DNA from: Bryobacterales bacterium
Lineage (GTDB): Bacteria > Acidobacteriota > Terriglobia > Bryobacterales > UBA6623
Length of the DNA: 64,000 nucleotides
Reading direction: 5' to 3'
Assembly: GCA_963422375.2 (NCBI GenBank)
Contig: OY729428.2
Location: 1,216,001 to 1,280,000 of the forward strand
A program made the position numbers and the translations under genes. The notes under the pieces were generated by a model, which had not been told where the DNA came from, searched no databases, and saw only the letters and a list, made by a program, of their open reading frames with translations. Below are positions 18,421 through 30,012 of the stretch, piece after piece (the first letter of the stretch is position 1; each line of letters begins with the position of its first letter).

Positions 18421-20492
18421 GCGAGCTCCTGCTTGAAATCGGAACCGAGGAAATCCCGGCGCGGATGGTGGGCCGCGCCCGCACGGACCTGAAGCAGCGC
18501 TTCCAAGAGGCGCTGGGCACCCTCGGCCTCGGGACCCAAGCGAGCGTGTCGGTCGAGGCGACGCCGCGGCGGCTAGCCCTATTCGCCGGGAACCTGCTCG
18601 CCAGGCAGGCGGACAGAATCGAGACTCTGAGGGGGCCGTCGAAGAAGGTGGCCTTCGACCCGGACGGCAATCCCACTCGAGCCGCGCTGGGGTTCGCCCG
18701 CAAGGCCCGGATCCCCGTGAGCGCTCTGACAGCTGGGCCCGACGGCAAGCTCACGGTGCGCCGACGCATCCCCGGACGCGACGCGGGCAGCCTGCTGGCG
18801 GAGAGTCTGCCCAAGCTGGTCCTCGGCCTGCGGTTTCCCCGCGCGATGTACTGGGCTGGCAAGGGCAGCCCGCGTTTCATCCGCCCCATCCGGTGGCTCG
18901 TGGCTCTGCTAGACGGAGCGGTCGTGCCACTCGAGATCGCCGGTATCGCGGCTGGCAACCGGACCTGGGGCCACCGCCGCCTAGGAGCGGGCCCGGTCGC
19001 GGTAGCGGACGCACGCCACTATGTCCGGGTTCTCCGCGACAACTCGGTGGTTCTTTCTTCCGACGAGCGCGGCGAGCGAATTGTTAGCCAAGCCGAGGCG
19101 CTCCTGCCGGACGGGCGCCGGATCCGGCGCAATCCCCGCCTGCTCGAGACCTTGGTCTACGAGACCGAATTCCCGACCGCCGTGCTAGGCAGCTTCGACG
19201 CTGCCTACCTCTCCCTGCCGGACGAGGTGCTCGAGACGGTCATGCTCGTGCATCAGAAGTACTTCGCGATCGAGAACGGCAGCGGGGAGCTAGTGAATTC
19301 GTTCGTCGCCGTGGCCAACACCGGCGCGGACCACCTAGGCGTGATCCGGGCGGGCCACCAGCGAGTTCTGCGCGCGCGGTTCAACGACGCCGATTTCTTC
19401 TGGAATTTCGACCAGCGCAGCTCGCTGTCCGAGCGCGTCGACGATCTGAAAGACGTCACGTTCCAAGCCTCCCTGGGCAGCTACTGGGACAAGACCCAGC
19501 GCAATCTGGCGGCCGGCTCGGCCATATCCGGCGCTCTGGGCCTAGACGAGCGGACTGCCTCCGACTTGAATCGCGCGCTCCTTCTAGCCAAGTGCGACCT
19601 AACGACGGAGATTGTCGGCGAGTTCCCTGAATTGCAGGGCAAGATCGGCGGCCTTTACGCGACCGCCCAAGGCGAGCCCAAGGCTGTTGCAGAAGCAATC
19701 TATGACCACTACCTGCCGGCGGGCGCGTCGGGCCCGATCCCCCGTTCGGAGACCGGTCGAGCCGCATCGCTCGCTGACAGGCTGACGACTCTAGGCGGCA
19801 TGTTCGGCTTGGGCTTGATACCGACGGGCTCGAAGGACCCCCTGGCATTGCGCCGGACTGCTTACGGCGCGATTCGCATCGTGGTGGAAGGCGGCATGGA
19901 ACTGTCTCTGGACAGCTTGGTGCAGATGGCGGACGCCGGCAAGAACTCCTCGGCTCTTCGCGAGTTCTTGGTCGAGCGGTTGCGGCACTGGCTGAAGGAC
20001 TCGGGCGGAATCGCCCTGGACGTCGTGCAAGCCGTTCTCGCGGCATCCGACAACGTTCCGGTGGACGTCTCCGCACGCGCGGGCGCACTCGCCGAGGTGC
20101 GGCAGACGCCGGACTTTGAAGCTCTCGCGGTGACATTCAAGCGGGTCCGGAACATCGTCGGGCATGCGGGAGTCCGAGCGCCGACAGGCGTCCGGATCGA
20201 CGAGGCACTGCTGGAACCCGGGCCGGAGACCGAACTGCACGAATCCCTGATCACGGTCGCCGGCAGGATTGCCGGGCGCAATGCCGAGCGGGACTACGCG
20301 GCATCCCTGCGCGAGATCGCCTCGCTCCGACCGGCCTTGGACCGCTACTTCGACTCCGTGCTCGTAATGGCAAAGGATCAAGCAGTGCGACGGAATCGCC
20401 TGGCATTCCTCGCCGGTATGCTGGAGAAGCTCTCGACGATCGCCGACTTCGCCATGATCGCTCCGGATCCGACGGGCGACAAGCCGGCCTGA
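18417..20492 (+). CDS. glyS: Glycine--tRNA ligase beta subunit
   Basis: GTG start overlapping the glyQ stop (GTGA); LLLEIGTEEIP, ATPRRL, FIRPIRWL, GEFPELQG, GSKDPLALRR, RRNRL. Confidence 0.95.
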   Translation: MSELLLEIGTEEIPARMVGRARTDLKQRFQEALGTLGLGTQASVSVEATPRRLALFAGNLLARQADRIETLRGPSKKVAFDPDGNPTRAALGFARKARIPVSALTAGPDGKLTVRRRIPGRDAGSLLAESLPKLVLGLRFPRAMYWAGKGSPRFIRPIRWLVALLDGAVVPLEIAGIAAGNRTWGHRRLGAGPVAVADARHYVRVLRDNSVVLSSDERGERIVSQAEALLPDGRRIRRNPRLLETLVYETEFPTAVLGSFDAAYLSLPDEVLETVMLVHQKYFAIENGSGELVNSFVAVANTGADHLGVIRAGHQRVLRARFNDADFFWNFDQRSSLSERVDDLKDVTFQASLGSYWDKTQRNLAAGSAISGALGLDERTASDLNRALLLAKCDLTTEIVGEFPELQGKIGGLYATAQGEPKAVAEAIYDHYLPAGASGPIPRSETGRAASLADRLTTLGGMFGLGLIPTGSKDPLALRRTAYGAIRIVVEGGMELSLDSLVQMADAGKNSSALREFLVERLRHWLKDSGGIALDVVQAVLAASDNVPVDVSARAGALAEVRQTPDFEALAVTFKRVRNIVGHAGVRAPTGVRIDEALLEPGPETELHESLITVAGRIAGRNAERDYAASLREIASLRPALDRYFDSVLVMAKDQAVRRNRLAFLAGMLEKLSTIADFAMIAPDPTGDKPA

Positions 20493-20503
20493 CCGCAGGG
20501 CGA

Positions 20504-21433
20504 TTACAGGCCAGACCGCTCCGGGATATACTGCCGCAGGAACCGAGCGCTCTGGCGGAGCGCAAGCTTCCGACCCTCCAGCGAGTTCTCGTAGGCTCGG
20601 TCCTCCACTTCGACACAGACCGGCCCGTCGTAGCCCGTGGATGTGAGGACGGAGAAGAACCGACCCCAGTCCACGTCCCCCAAACCGGGCAACTTCGGAT
20701 CGTGGTACTGCAACGGATAGGCCAGAATCCCCACGTCGTCGAGGGCATTCCGGTCGACCCGCACGTCCTTGGCATGGACGTGAAAGATGCGGTCGCGGAA
20801 GTCCACGAGCGGCGCAATGGCGTCCATCTGCATCCAAGTCGGATGCGACGGGTCGTAATTCAGGCCGAACGACGCGCTGGGGATCTCCTCGAACATCCGT
20901 CTCCATATCCTCGGCGAGCAGGCGAGGTTCTTGCCGCCCGGCCACTCGTCGCGAGTGAAGATCATCGGGCAGTTCTCGATCCCGATGCGGACGCCGCGGT
21001 CTTCGGCGATTTGCACAATTGGACGCCAGACATCGAGGAAGCGAGGCCAGTTCTCCTCGACCGAGAGGGTCCAGTCCCTGCCGACGAAGGTATTAACTGT
21101 TGACACGCCGAGCTGCCGCGCGGCCTCAATCACCGAGCGGATGTGCGCTTGGGCCACCCGGGCTTCGTCCGCGTTCGCGGACAGCGCGTTGGGGTAGTAC
21201 CCCAGCCCGCTGATCTTCACTTCGTGAGCCGCGAGCAGCCCATGCACCTCGTCGGCAGCAGCGGCGTCGAGCGCCTCGACGTCCAAGTGAGTCACGCCCG
21301 CGTAGCGACGGTCCGCCTTGCCCGGCGGCCAGCACATCACCTCGATGCAGTCGTAGCCTTCGCGCGACGCAACGGCGCAGACTTCGTCAAAGGGCAGATC
21401 CGGGAGGATGGCGCTGACGAATCCCAGTTCCAT
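20504..21433 (-). CDS. Sugar phosphate isomerase/epimerase (xylose isomerase-like TIM barrel)
   Basis: [37 protein letters not shown] metal-binding motifs. Confidence 0.9.
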   Translation of the reverse strand: MELGFVSAILPDLPFDEVCAVASREGYDCIEVMCWPPGKADRRYAGVTHLDVEALDAAAADEVHGLLAAHEVKISGLGYYPNALSANADEARVAQAHIRSVIEAARQLGVSTVNTFVGRDWTLSVEENWPRFLDVWRPIVQIAEDRGVRIGIENCPMIFTRDEWPGGKNLACSPRIWRRMFEEIPSASFGLNYDPSHPTWMQMDAIAPLVDFRDRIFHVHAKDVRVDRNALDDVGILAYPLQYHDPKLPGLGDVDWGRFFSVLTSTGYDGPVCVEVEDRAYENSLEGRKLALRQSARFLRQYIPERSGL

Positions 21434-22250
21434 GCTAGTTCCAGCGTACTCCAATGCGCTTTCGCGCCGGGTACCATCCGAGGCCTTCCCGGTCGAGACC
21501 CTGTCGCAGGACGCTGCCGCGGTCCAAGCCTTCGAAGACGGCCTCCAACTCAGAGCCCGCCACGCCTTGGCCCATCACCCCGATTGGAGGCCAGACGCTC
21601 AACCTCAGTGCCCAGCGCGACGTGGCGATTCGCGGCTCATCGCTTCAGGCAGGATCTCCGGGATCCAGACGCCAAACACATGGAATCGGTGGTCGTGCGT
21701 CGCAGCTACGAGGGACCAGCGCTCGCGATTGCGGGCGGGCCCTGGGCATGCCGTGCCAATCCGACAGCTATCGCCCGTGTTCACATCGAGCGCCGCTGCC
21801 GACCGGGGTCGCAGGGCGCGGCAGCGTCGCAGGCGCCTACTTCGCCCGGGCCGAAGTGGGGCGGCACACTGAGGTCCGCAGCACGCCCGGTCTACGCTGG
21901 GTGAGGGCCCTCGACGATTCCAGGTGCGAGGGCCTCTCTGACACTTGCAGACCCTCCATTCGTCGCTTCGCCGCCCGGATCCAGCGGGGGCGGCCCACCG
22001 AGATCGCGAATCGGCCGCAACGACCGACTCCGGAGCCTCCGCGGCTACGGGACAGACGGAGATACGAAATGTGGCACCCGTCGGGCGTCGGATGAGGCCC
22101 TCGTCTCAGCCACACGAGCAGCGCCCGTTGAGCCCTCAGTCGTTCGACACCCGCTGGAATTGCTTGCTATACTGGTGGCGAAAGGGCATGAGAAGAAGTC
22201 ACGCAACCCAACCAGAAGAATGAGGGCCTCCGGCACGTTGAAGTCGAATC

Positions 22251-22266
22251 TCTTCCGCGTGGAACA
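22251..22266. promoter_or_regulatory. Degenerate parS-like site
   Basis: TCTTCCGCGTGGAACA differs at 2 positions from TGTTCCACGTGGAACA. Confidence 0.25.
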
Positions 22267-22329
22267 AGTTCAGCCTTGCCTCTCACTCGGGCTGAATTCT
22301 GCGCTTTAGCGAGTCCGATCATTCCAGAG

Positions 22330-22652
22330 CTGCCGAGATCTCGATCAGCAGAGTTGCCAGAGTCACAAGCGGTTTGTTCGCAGACTCGGTGGATCTAGAA
22401 ATGTCTTCTTCAGAGTTCATTGACGAAAATATGGCTTCTCCCCTTGGAGAAATGATAACACGAATTCAAGACAATCTTAATTACGAGTTCAGTGCTACAG
22501 ATGAGAATTCCGTCAAGATGGAAGAAGATTTTCTGGGTACCGCTGTGACCGTAGAACTTAATACGGCAGATGAACGCAGATATGTGTTACAGCATGAACT
22601 GAACCAGCACAATGACCGACGTTATAACGCCGAGGAGAGACAGGATAGCTAA
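22330..22652 (+). pseudogene. C-terminal remnant of a HATPase (histidine-kinase-like ATP-binding) protein
   Basis: AT-rich; ...SEFIDEN...FLGTAVTVELNTAD..Y.L resembles the C-terminus of HATPases that precede STAS-like genes; no N-terminus seen. Confidence 0.5.
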
Positions 22653-22986
22653 GGAGATAATCACCATTCATGTATTTGAGTTCCTAGGGGGTCCACTGTA
22701 CGTACCCGTGATCTACGGGGATCGTCTCCATGATAAGATCGCCTATATTCTCAAGGGAGACAAGCGATTTGCGCTGTCATTTGAACATATTGAAGTCATC
22801 ATTTCTGCATCCTTGAGCGTGCCAATTGGACCGCTCTATGGAGAGTTTAAGAAAGAAGTTGTTGATGATCACCTATTGTGCTTGGGCTTGTCGAGCGAAG
22901 ATATTGGACTCGTTAATCGTGTCCGGAAGAACGCGGTCTTATATTTTGAAAATGTAGACAAATGTGAACGAGAATGGGTGGCATAA
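22645..22986 (+). pseudogene. STAS-like (DUF4325-type) protein, decayed
   Basis: IHVFEFLGGPL..GDRLHDKI..LSFEHIEVIISASL..IGPLYGEF..NRVRKNAVLYF. GAGGAG SD is followed by ATA rather than ATG. TAA at 22984 looks premature (in-frame SGEEDDE* follows). Confidence 0.65.
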
Positions 22987-23002
22987 TCCGGAGAAGAAGA
23001 CG

Positions 23003-23320
23003 ATGAATAACAGCATTCACTATCTACACGTTTAACGCTTGATTTCCCATGAAAAGATCTCAGTTTATACGAATATTTGGTTCTTTCTATTTCCGCCATT
23101 GATTCGACGGAAACATAAATGGACGAAGGAATATGCCAGACAGCTCAAGGAGGTGCTTTCCAACCATGTTGAATTGATCACCAACATAGTTATCCTCAGC
23201 GAGTACTCGAATCGATATCCCCGACTGCGTTGGCAGGTGCGTGTCCACAAGAAATTTCCGGTCTTCAAAGATATTCGTCGAACTGAGCATCTTGCAAACG
23301 TTGGCATGTCGGCAAGGTAG
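23003..23320 (+). pseudogene. PIN-domain nuclease remnant
   Basis: ATG 23003, in-frame TAA at codon 11, then VYTNIWFFLFPP (catalytic DTN changed to YTN), ILSEYSNRY and FKDIRRT; truncated at the junction with the R-M remnant. Confidence 0.55.
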
Positions 23321-23329
23321 GTTCACAAA

Positions 23330-24753
23330 CAGAATCCGTTCCTCGGCGGGCGAAGGCCGGTCCCGCTTCGTCGCCACCACAGTCACGTCTCGGTAGTGCA
23401 GGCTCATCGGCTGCCGCACGCGCCCACCCTCCGCCCTGCGCATACGCCAACGGCAGCACCACGCCCCCGCCCGGCTTGACCTTCGCTTGCGCGACATCGA
23501 TGAAGTTGGACGCCAGACTGGCGTTGCCGTGGCCCGCCGGCTCTCTGATCGCTTCCCTGACGGCCCTCTGAATGCCCGCCATCGCCCGCTGCTCGGCCTC
23601 GGACTCCTCGAATCCCGCGAACGATGGCACGGGCGCCTCCGCGGATTCGTGGTTCGTCGGCCGCGTGAAAGGCGGGCTCATGATGACCACCTCCACCGAC
23701 TCGTGCGGCAGGTCCAGGTCCGGCATCTCCACCGCCGTGCCGCGGCGACCTCCGCCCCCGTGCCGAACAGCGCAGACGACGAGGGCAGGCTGTAGAACGT
23801 CGCAAGGAACTGGCGGTCGCCAATGATTCGCTGGAACATGCGCCCGGAGAGGTCGTTCATGCTCGTCGCGCCCACCGCTACGAGCTCGCCGGCCACCTCG
23901 GTGAGCCGCCCGAGGATCCGGTCCGACATCGGCACGTCCACATGCGCGAGCAGGTCCGAAGCGATGCGAAAGATCGGCCAGTAATTGATGCCCCGCGGGA
24001 TTCGGTCCCAAACTTCTCCGATCCCGCCCTTGAACGTCCGGCCAGGCACGGCTCGGCACTCCTCGGGGGACGGCGGGCCGTACACCGTGGCGATCAAGGA
24101 ATGGAACACCAGCGCGTTGGCAACGATCGCTATCGCCATCCTCGAAGTCTGGATCCCGTCTTCCTGCCGCTATATGCGCGCCATGCACCGCAGCGGCATC
24201 TGCGCCGCAGGCCGTATGTCGTCGCGCAGGACTGCGGCACATTCGCGCACGGTATCCTCCAGCACGGCCATGCCTCGCGCGACGATCCGCTCCGACAGGG
24301 GCAGCTGCTCGACTACGGCGGCCAGTTCGTAGACCGTGGCGGGCATCCAGCCTTCGGAGGGCCAGCGGACCGGGGCGGTCTGGCTGCCGGACACAGCGCA
24401 GATGCGATACTCGGCACTCTCAATCCGACTCCCCAAGTCAGATTGGGACTCCGGCAGTCACCCCGGAACGCGGACTGCCAGCGCCTGATCGACCACCGAG
24501 CCGCTCGCGCCGACACTCATGCCAGCCGACGGGCCGCATCCCGCTCGACGGTTCGGGCCGGCTTGAACTCGGTCTCGAGGACCACCGCCAGGCCGCGCGG
24601 GTGTCGCACGACGATATCCGGCTGAACTGCGGCCCGCTCGAATACGCCGCGCTGCTCCGCGCCAACGTGGTCCCGCCAGAGAGGGTGCTTGCGACGCAGC
24701 ACTCGCGGGAGTTCTACGTTGAAGGCTCGCTCGCCCGTCTTCGGCATCCGCAT
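23330..24753 (-). pseudogene. Frameshifted, internally deleted Type IIG-like restriction-modification enzyme
   Basis: Pieces in several frames: N-terminal PD-(D/E)xK-like QPDIVV...VLETEF, INYWPIF, DLSGRMFQRIIGDRQFLATFY, and VVIMSPPFTRPTNHE (degenerate NPPF motif IV). Confidence 0.7.
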
Positions 24754-25219
24754 CCCGCCCGAAGCTCGACCACGCGGGCTAGCGGCCGCAACCCTTCCGG
24801 AACGCTACTCGGGCCCCTTCCATGTTCACGCAATGTTGTCGCTCCAACTTGCCCGATTCGCGGCGTGCGAGTATCAAGTCGGTTCGATGCCCGCCGGATG
24901 GCAGGCTCGCGCACGCGCCGGGCGGCTCGCCCCGCCCCGCAAACCGTCCCAGCAGGACGGACAACACCCGGGCCGCTCGAGGAGCCCCGGCGGGCGACCC
25001 AGCCCGGACATCCGCCCCAAGGCAATTCCATCCCAGCGCGCGAAGGCGAGATAAGATGGGACTAGTCGCCTTCAATCCTCGCGGCCCAACGGCAGCTTGG
25101 GCCCGAGCCCCTAGAACCATCCCCTCAAGCCGGCCAAGGCCCCGCGTCCGAACGTAGCGGATCGGGACCGTCCCGCGAGAGACCGCGAAGGCCACTCAGC
25201 ACAGAGAGCAACCACCACT

Positions 25220-27877
25220 ATGGCAAAGCACGTGTATTCCTTCGGCGGATCGAAGACCGAAGGCAACAAGTCGATGCGCGACACGCTCGGCGGCAAGGGC
25301 GCCAACCTCGCGGAAATGGCGCTGGCCGGCGTCCCCGTTCCGCCCGGCTTCACGGTATCCACGCAGGTCTGCAACATGTACCTCGCGGGAGGGAACCGTG
25401 TCCCCGACAGTGTCGAGGAGGAGATGGCGGATGCACTGCAGCACCTCGAGTCGGAGATGGGCAAGACCCTTGGCAACCCAGCAGACCCGCTGCTGCTGTC
25501 CGTCCGCTCCGGGTCGAAGTTCTCCATGCCCGGCATGATGGACACCATCCTGAATCTAGGACTGAACGACCGCGCTACCGAAGGGCTGGCCGCTCTCAGC
25601 GGCAAGGGGACCTTCGCGCTCGACTGCTATCGGCGATTCATCATGATGTTCGCCGATGTCGTCATGGGCGTCTCGAAAGGCCAGTTCGAGGAAATCCTGG
25701 AAGGCATCAAGGAAGCCTCCGGTGCCGAGAACGACATGGACCTGAACGAGGAGCAGCTGCGCGAGGTGGTCTCGGCGTTCAAGGCCCACTACAAGAAGTC
25801 CCTCGGAGACGACTTCCCGCAGGATGCTCGCGAGCAGCTCAAGCTGGCCCGGGACGCGGTCTTCCGCTCTTGGGACAACCCCCGGGCCAACCACTACCGG
25901 CGGATGAATGACATCCCCCACGACCTCGGGACGGCCGTGAACGTCCAAGCCATGGTGTTCGGCAACCTAGGCGAGACCTCCGCGACGGGCGTGGGGTTCA
26001 CCCGCGACCCGGCTACCGGCAAGAACGAGTTCTACGGCGAGTTCCTAACGAACGCCCAAGGCGAGGACGTCGTCGCCGGCATCCGCACGCCCCGGCCAAT
26101 CCAAGAGCTGCAGCAGGTCCTGCCGCAGGCTTACGGCGAGCTGCGCTCGATCACGGCCCAACTCGAGAGGCACTACCGCGACGTGCAGGACTTCGAGTTC
26201 ACAATCCAAGAAGGCAAGCTGTTCATGCTGCAGACGCGCAACGGCAAGCGGACGGGTGCCGCCGCGGTCAAGTTCGCGGTCGACATGGTGGACGAGGGAC
26301 TGATCAGCGACCGCGAAGCGGTGATGCGCGTCGAGCCGCAGCATCTCGACCAGCTGCTCCACCCGGTCATCGAGCCGTCGTCAAAGGCGCAGCTCGCAAC
26401 GCTGACTGTCGGACTGCCCGCATCGCCCGGAGCGGCCGTGGGGCGCATCGTGTTCACGGCGGACGCGGCCGTCGAGGAAGCCGAGCGGGGCAAACCGGTC
26501 GTGCTGGTGCGCGCGGAGACAACGCCGGAGGACATTCACGGCATGGAAGCCGCCAAGGGCATCCTGACGTCGCGAGGGGGCATGACGTCCCACGCGGCAG
26601 TCGTGGCGCGCGGCATGGGCTCGCCGTGCGTAGCCGGTGCGGGCGAGGTGAACGTGGACGCCAAGGGCGGGCGGATCTCCTGCAACGGGCAGGTGCTGGG
26701 AAGGGGCGACTGGATCTCGATCGACGGCTCCACCGGGGAGGTCTTGGCCGGCAAGGCGGCCACCATCGAGCCCGATCCAGCCTCGGGCGACTTCGCTCGG
26801 TACATGGAGTATGTTGACAAGCACCGCATGGCGAGAGTGCGCGCCAACGCCGAGACGCCGCGCGACGCGCGCATGGCCCGGATCTTCGGGGCCGAGGGCA
26901 TCGGCCTGTGCCGGACGGAACACATGTTCTTCGAGCCCGAGCGCATCGGGCACGTCCGCCAGATGATCCTCGCCGAAGACGCAGAGACCCGCGCGGAGGC
27001 GCTGGCCAGCCTGCTGCCGATGCAAAGGAAGGACTTCGAGGAGCTGTTCGAGGTCATGGACGGCTACCCCGTGATCGTGCGCACGCTGGATCCTCCGCTG
27101 CACGAATTCCTGCCGAAGCGCGAGGAGCTTATGGTGGAGCTCGCCCAACTGCGCGGATCGAAGGAAGACCACTCGCGGCAGAAAGAAATCGGGAGCCTGC
27201 TAGAGCGCGTCGAGGAGCTGCACGAGTTCAACCCGATGCTGGGTCACCGCGGCTGCCGCCTCGGCATCACCTTCCCGGAAATCACGGAGATGCAGGCTCA
27301 GGCGATCTTCGAGGCTGCTGTCAGCTGCGCCGCGCGGGGCATTAACGCGATTCCCGAGGTGATGATCCCGCTAGTCGGGAACCACAAGGAACTGGAGAAC
27401 CAGAAGAAGATCGTCACTGACACGGCCGAGCGGGTCTTCCGCGAGGCGGGCAGGGAGGTCCACTACAAGGTCGGAACGATGATCGAGGTGCCGCGCGGCG
27501 CGCTGACCGCCGACGAGATCGCCCGTCACGCGGAATTCTTCAGTTTCGGCACCAACGACCTGACGCAGACCACGTTCGGCTTCAGCCGGGACGATTCCGG
27601 CACGTTCGTCAAGGCCTACATGGACCACGGCATCATCGACAACGATCCGTTCCAGGTGCTGGACGAGACGGGCGTGGGGCAGCTGATCAAGATCGCGCTC
27701 GAGAAGGGCCGCGCCACCCGCCCCGGCTTGGAGGTCGGAATCTGCGGGGAGCACGGAGGCGAGCCGAAGTCCGTGACGTTCTGCGTGCTTGCGGGGCTGG
27801 ACTACGTGAGCTGCTCGCCGTACCGCGTGCCGATCGCCCGCCTCGCCGCAGCCCAGGCCGCGATCGCATCCGCCTGA
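25220..27877 (+). CDS. ppdK: Pyruvate, phosphate dikinase
   Basis: LGGKGANLAEM, SVRSG..SMPGMMDT, GGMTSHAAVVAR, GLCRTEHMF, FSFGTNDLTQ, GICGEHGG. Confidence 0.98.
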   Translation: MAKHVYSFGGSKTEGNKSMRDTLGGKGANLAEMALAGVPVPPGFTVSTQVCNMYLAGGNRVPDSVEEEMADALQHLESEMGKTLGNPADPLLLSVRSGSKFSMPGMMDTILNLGLNDRATEGLAALSGKGTFALDCYRRFIMMFADVVMGVSKGQFEEILEGIKEASGAENDMDLNEEQLREVVSAFKAHYKKSLGDDFPQDAREQLKLARDAVFRSWDNPRANHYRRMNDIPHDLGTAVNVQAMVFGNLGETSATGVGFTRDPATGKNEFYGEFLTNAQGEDVVAGIRTPRPIQELQQVLPQAYGELRSITAQLERHYRDVQDFEFTIQEGKLFMLQTRNGKRTGAAAVKFAVDMVDEGLISDREAVMRVEPQHLDQLLHPVIEPSSKAQLATLTVGLPASPGAAVGRIVFTADAAVEEAERGKPVVLVRAETTPEDIHGMEAAKGILTSRGGMTSHAAVVARGMGSPCVAGAGEVNVDAKGGRISCNGQVLGRGDWISIDGSTGEVLAGKAATIEPDPASGDFARYMEYVDKHRMARVRANAETPRDARMARIFGAEGIGLCRTEHMFFEPERIGHVRQMILAEDAETRAEALASLLPMQRKDFEELFEVMDGYPVIVRTLDPPLHEFLPKREELMVELAQLRGSKEDHSRQKEIGSLLERVEELHEFNPMLGHRGCRLGITFPEITEMQAQAIFEAAVSCAARGINAIPEVMIPLVGNHKELENQKKIVTDTAERVFREAGREVHYKVGTMIEVPRGALTADEIARHAEFFSFGTNDLTQTTFGFSRDDSGTFVKAYMDHGIIDNDPFQVLDETGVGQLIKIALEKGRATRPGLEVGICGEHGGEPKSVTFCVLAGLDYVSCSPYRVPIARLAAAQAAIASA

Positions 27878-28229
27878 AGCAGCACCTCCCCGGAGGGGAC
27901 TCCGAGCGGAAGCTCCGCGCCGGCGGCCGGCGACAAACGCGTCAAGCGGATCGGGGTGAGATCCTGCCGGCGTGTTTCCAGATCCCGCACCGTTCTCGGT
28001 CTCGGGACGGGCCGACCCGAGCGACGCAAGAGACACGCGCGGGAGGGATCCGCCGCACGGCCGCCTCACAAGATCGGGACGGCGGCAGGGCAGGGACCGG
28101 GATCACCGTTCGCGGACGGTGGGGATTGGCCGACCCGGCCGGGCTCCGGTGGTGTGACGGCCTGCCAATCCGAGGACCGACTCCTCCCTTCGGGCATTCG
28201 CCCGGTGCGCCGACCGTCCGGGAGGCTCC

Positions 28230-29963
28230 TCAGCTGGTCATCGACGCTAGGAACTCCGCGTTGTTCCGGGTCTTCGACAGCCGGTCCAGCAGCAGCTCGG
28301 CGGCTTCCACGGTCTGCAGTCCGCTTAGCACCCGGCGCAGCACCCACACCTTGTTCAGCGTCTCCTGCGGGAGCAGCAGCTCCTCCTTGCGAGTGCCGCT
28401 GCGGTTGGTGTCGATGGCCGGAAAGATGCGCTTGTCGACCAGCTTGCGGTCAAGGTGCGCCTCCATGTTCCCGGTGCCCTTGAACTCCTCGAAGATCACC
28501 TCGTCCATGCGGCTGCCGGTATCCACCAAGGCAGTCGCGACGATCGTCAGCGAGCCCCCTTCCTCGATGTTGCGCGCCGCGCCGAAGAATCGCTTCGGGC
28601 GCTGCAGGGCATTGGAATCGACCCCCCCCGAGAGCACCTTGCCCGAGGGCGGAGCGATCGTGTTGTAGGCCCGCGCCAAGCGGGTGATGGAGTCCAGCAG
28701 GATCACCACGTCGCGCTTGTGCTCGACGAGGCGCTTGGCCTTCGCGATGACCATCTCGGCAATATGGACGTGCCGCGAGGCCGGCTCGTCAAACGTCGAG
28801 CTGATCACCTCGCCGCGCACCGAGCGCTGCATGTCGGTAACCTCTTCGGGTCGCTCGTCGATGAGCAGGACGATCAGGAACACGTCGGGCTGGTTGGTCG
28901 TGATCGAGTTCGCGATCGCTTGCAAGAGCATCGTCTTGCCGGTCCGCGGCGGCGACACGATCAGGCCGCGCTGGCCCTTGCCGATCGGGACCAGCAAGTC
29001 CAGGACGCGGCCGCTCAAGTTGTTCTTGTTGGTCTCGAGCTTGAAGCGGCCCTCGGGATAGAGCGGCGTCAGGTTGTCGAACAGAATCTTGGTCTTGGCG
29101 ACCTCCGGCGGCTCGAGATTGACCGCCTGGACCTTCAGGAGGGCGTAGTAGCGCTCGCTCTCCTTCGGCGGCCGCACTTGGCCGGTCACCGTGTCCCCCG
29201 CTCTCAGGCGTTGCCGCCGGATCAGAGCCGGCGAGACGTAGATATCGTCCGGTCCGGGCAGGTAGTTGTACTCCGCGGACCGCAGGAACCCGAAGCCCTC
29301 CGGCATGAGCTCCACCACGCCCTGGGTCAGTATCAGGCCCACGCCTTCCGACTGCGCCTGCAGGATGCCGAATACCAACTCCTGCTTGCGCAAGCCAGCC
29401 GAGGTGTCGAGCCCCAGATCGGTCGCCTTGCGATGCAGCGCGGTGATGCTGAGCTCCTTCAGGGAGACTAGGTCCAAGGGCTGGCCGCCATCGCTTGCCA
29501 TCGCCTCGGCGAGGGCCTGGTACTCGGCCTCTTCGTCCACGTTCTCGGGAGGCTCGAAGTCCCGCGCGCGGCGCTTGGGGCGCTCGCGCCGCGCGCGCGG
29601 CTTGCGCTGCTGCCTCCGCCCCGGACCGGTCGATTCCCCGTCCCCTTCCGCTGCCCGGCGCTCCTCGCCCTGAACCTCGCCATCCCGGAACCGGCTGCGC
29701 CTCCGCGTCCGCGAGGGACCTGCCTCGCCTCCTTCGCGCTTCGCGACGCTCTCGCCTGCCCCGCCGGAGTCGTCTCCGGCTTCCGCGGGAGGCGGCTCGG
29801 ACTGCGCCTCGCCCGCGGCTTGCTTGGTCTCCTCGCCCCGCCTGCGAAATCTCCTCGGGCGGGCCGTTTCCCGCTCTTCCCGGCGCGGCTCTTCCCGGAC
29901 GACCTCGCCGGCACCGTCGGGAGCGCGGGCCTCGTCGTGGGTCTCGGTAGTATCCGAAGGCAT
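28230..29963 (-). CDS. rho: Transcription termination factor Rho with long low-complexity N-terminal extension
   Basis: [49 protein letters not shown]; about 160 aa of Arg/Glu/Gly-rich N-terminus. Confidence 0.97.
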   Translation of the reverse strand: MPSDTTETHDEARAPDGAGEVVREEPRREERETARPRRFRRRGEETKQAAGEAQSEPPPAEAGDDSGGAGESVAKREGGEAGPSRTRRRSRFRDGEVQGEERRAAEGDGESTGPGRRQQRKPRARRERPKRRARDFEPPENVDEEAEYQALAEAMASDGGQPLDLVSLKELSITALHRKATDLGLDTSAGLRKQELVFGILQAQSEGVGLILTQGVVELMPEGFGFLRSAEYNYLPGPDDIYVSPALIRRQRLRAGDTVTGQVRPPKESERYYALLKVQAVNLEPPEVAKTKILFDNLTPLYPEGRFKLETNKNNLSGRVLDLLVPIGKGQRGLIVSPPRTGKTMLLQAIANSITTNQPDVFLIVLLIDERPEEVTDMQRSVRGEVISSTFDEPASRHVHIAEMVIAKAKRLVEHKRDVVILLDSITRLARAYNTIAPPSGKVLSGGVDSNALQRPKRFFGAARNIEEGGSLTIVATALVDTGSRMDEVIFEEFKGTGNMEAHLDRKLVDKRIFPAIDTNRSGTRKEELLLPQETLNKVWVLRRVLSGLQTVEAAELLLDRLSKTRNNAEFLASMTS

Positions 29964-30012
29964 TGATCACCTCGTTCGAGCCGCGCGACGCGCGCTCTTC
30001 CGGCGACTGGAA

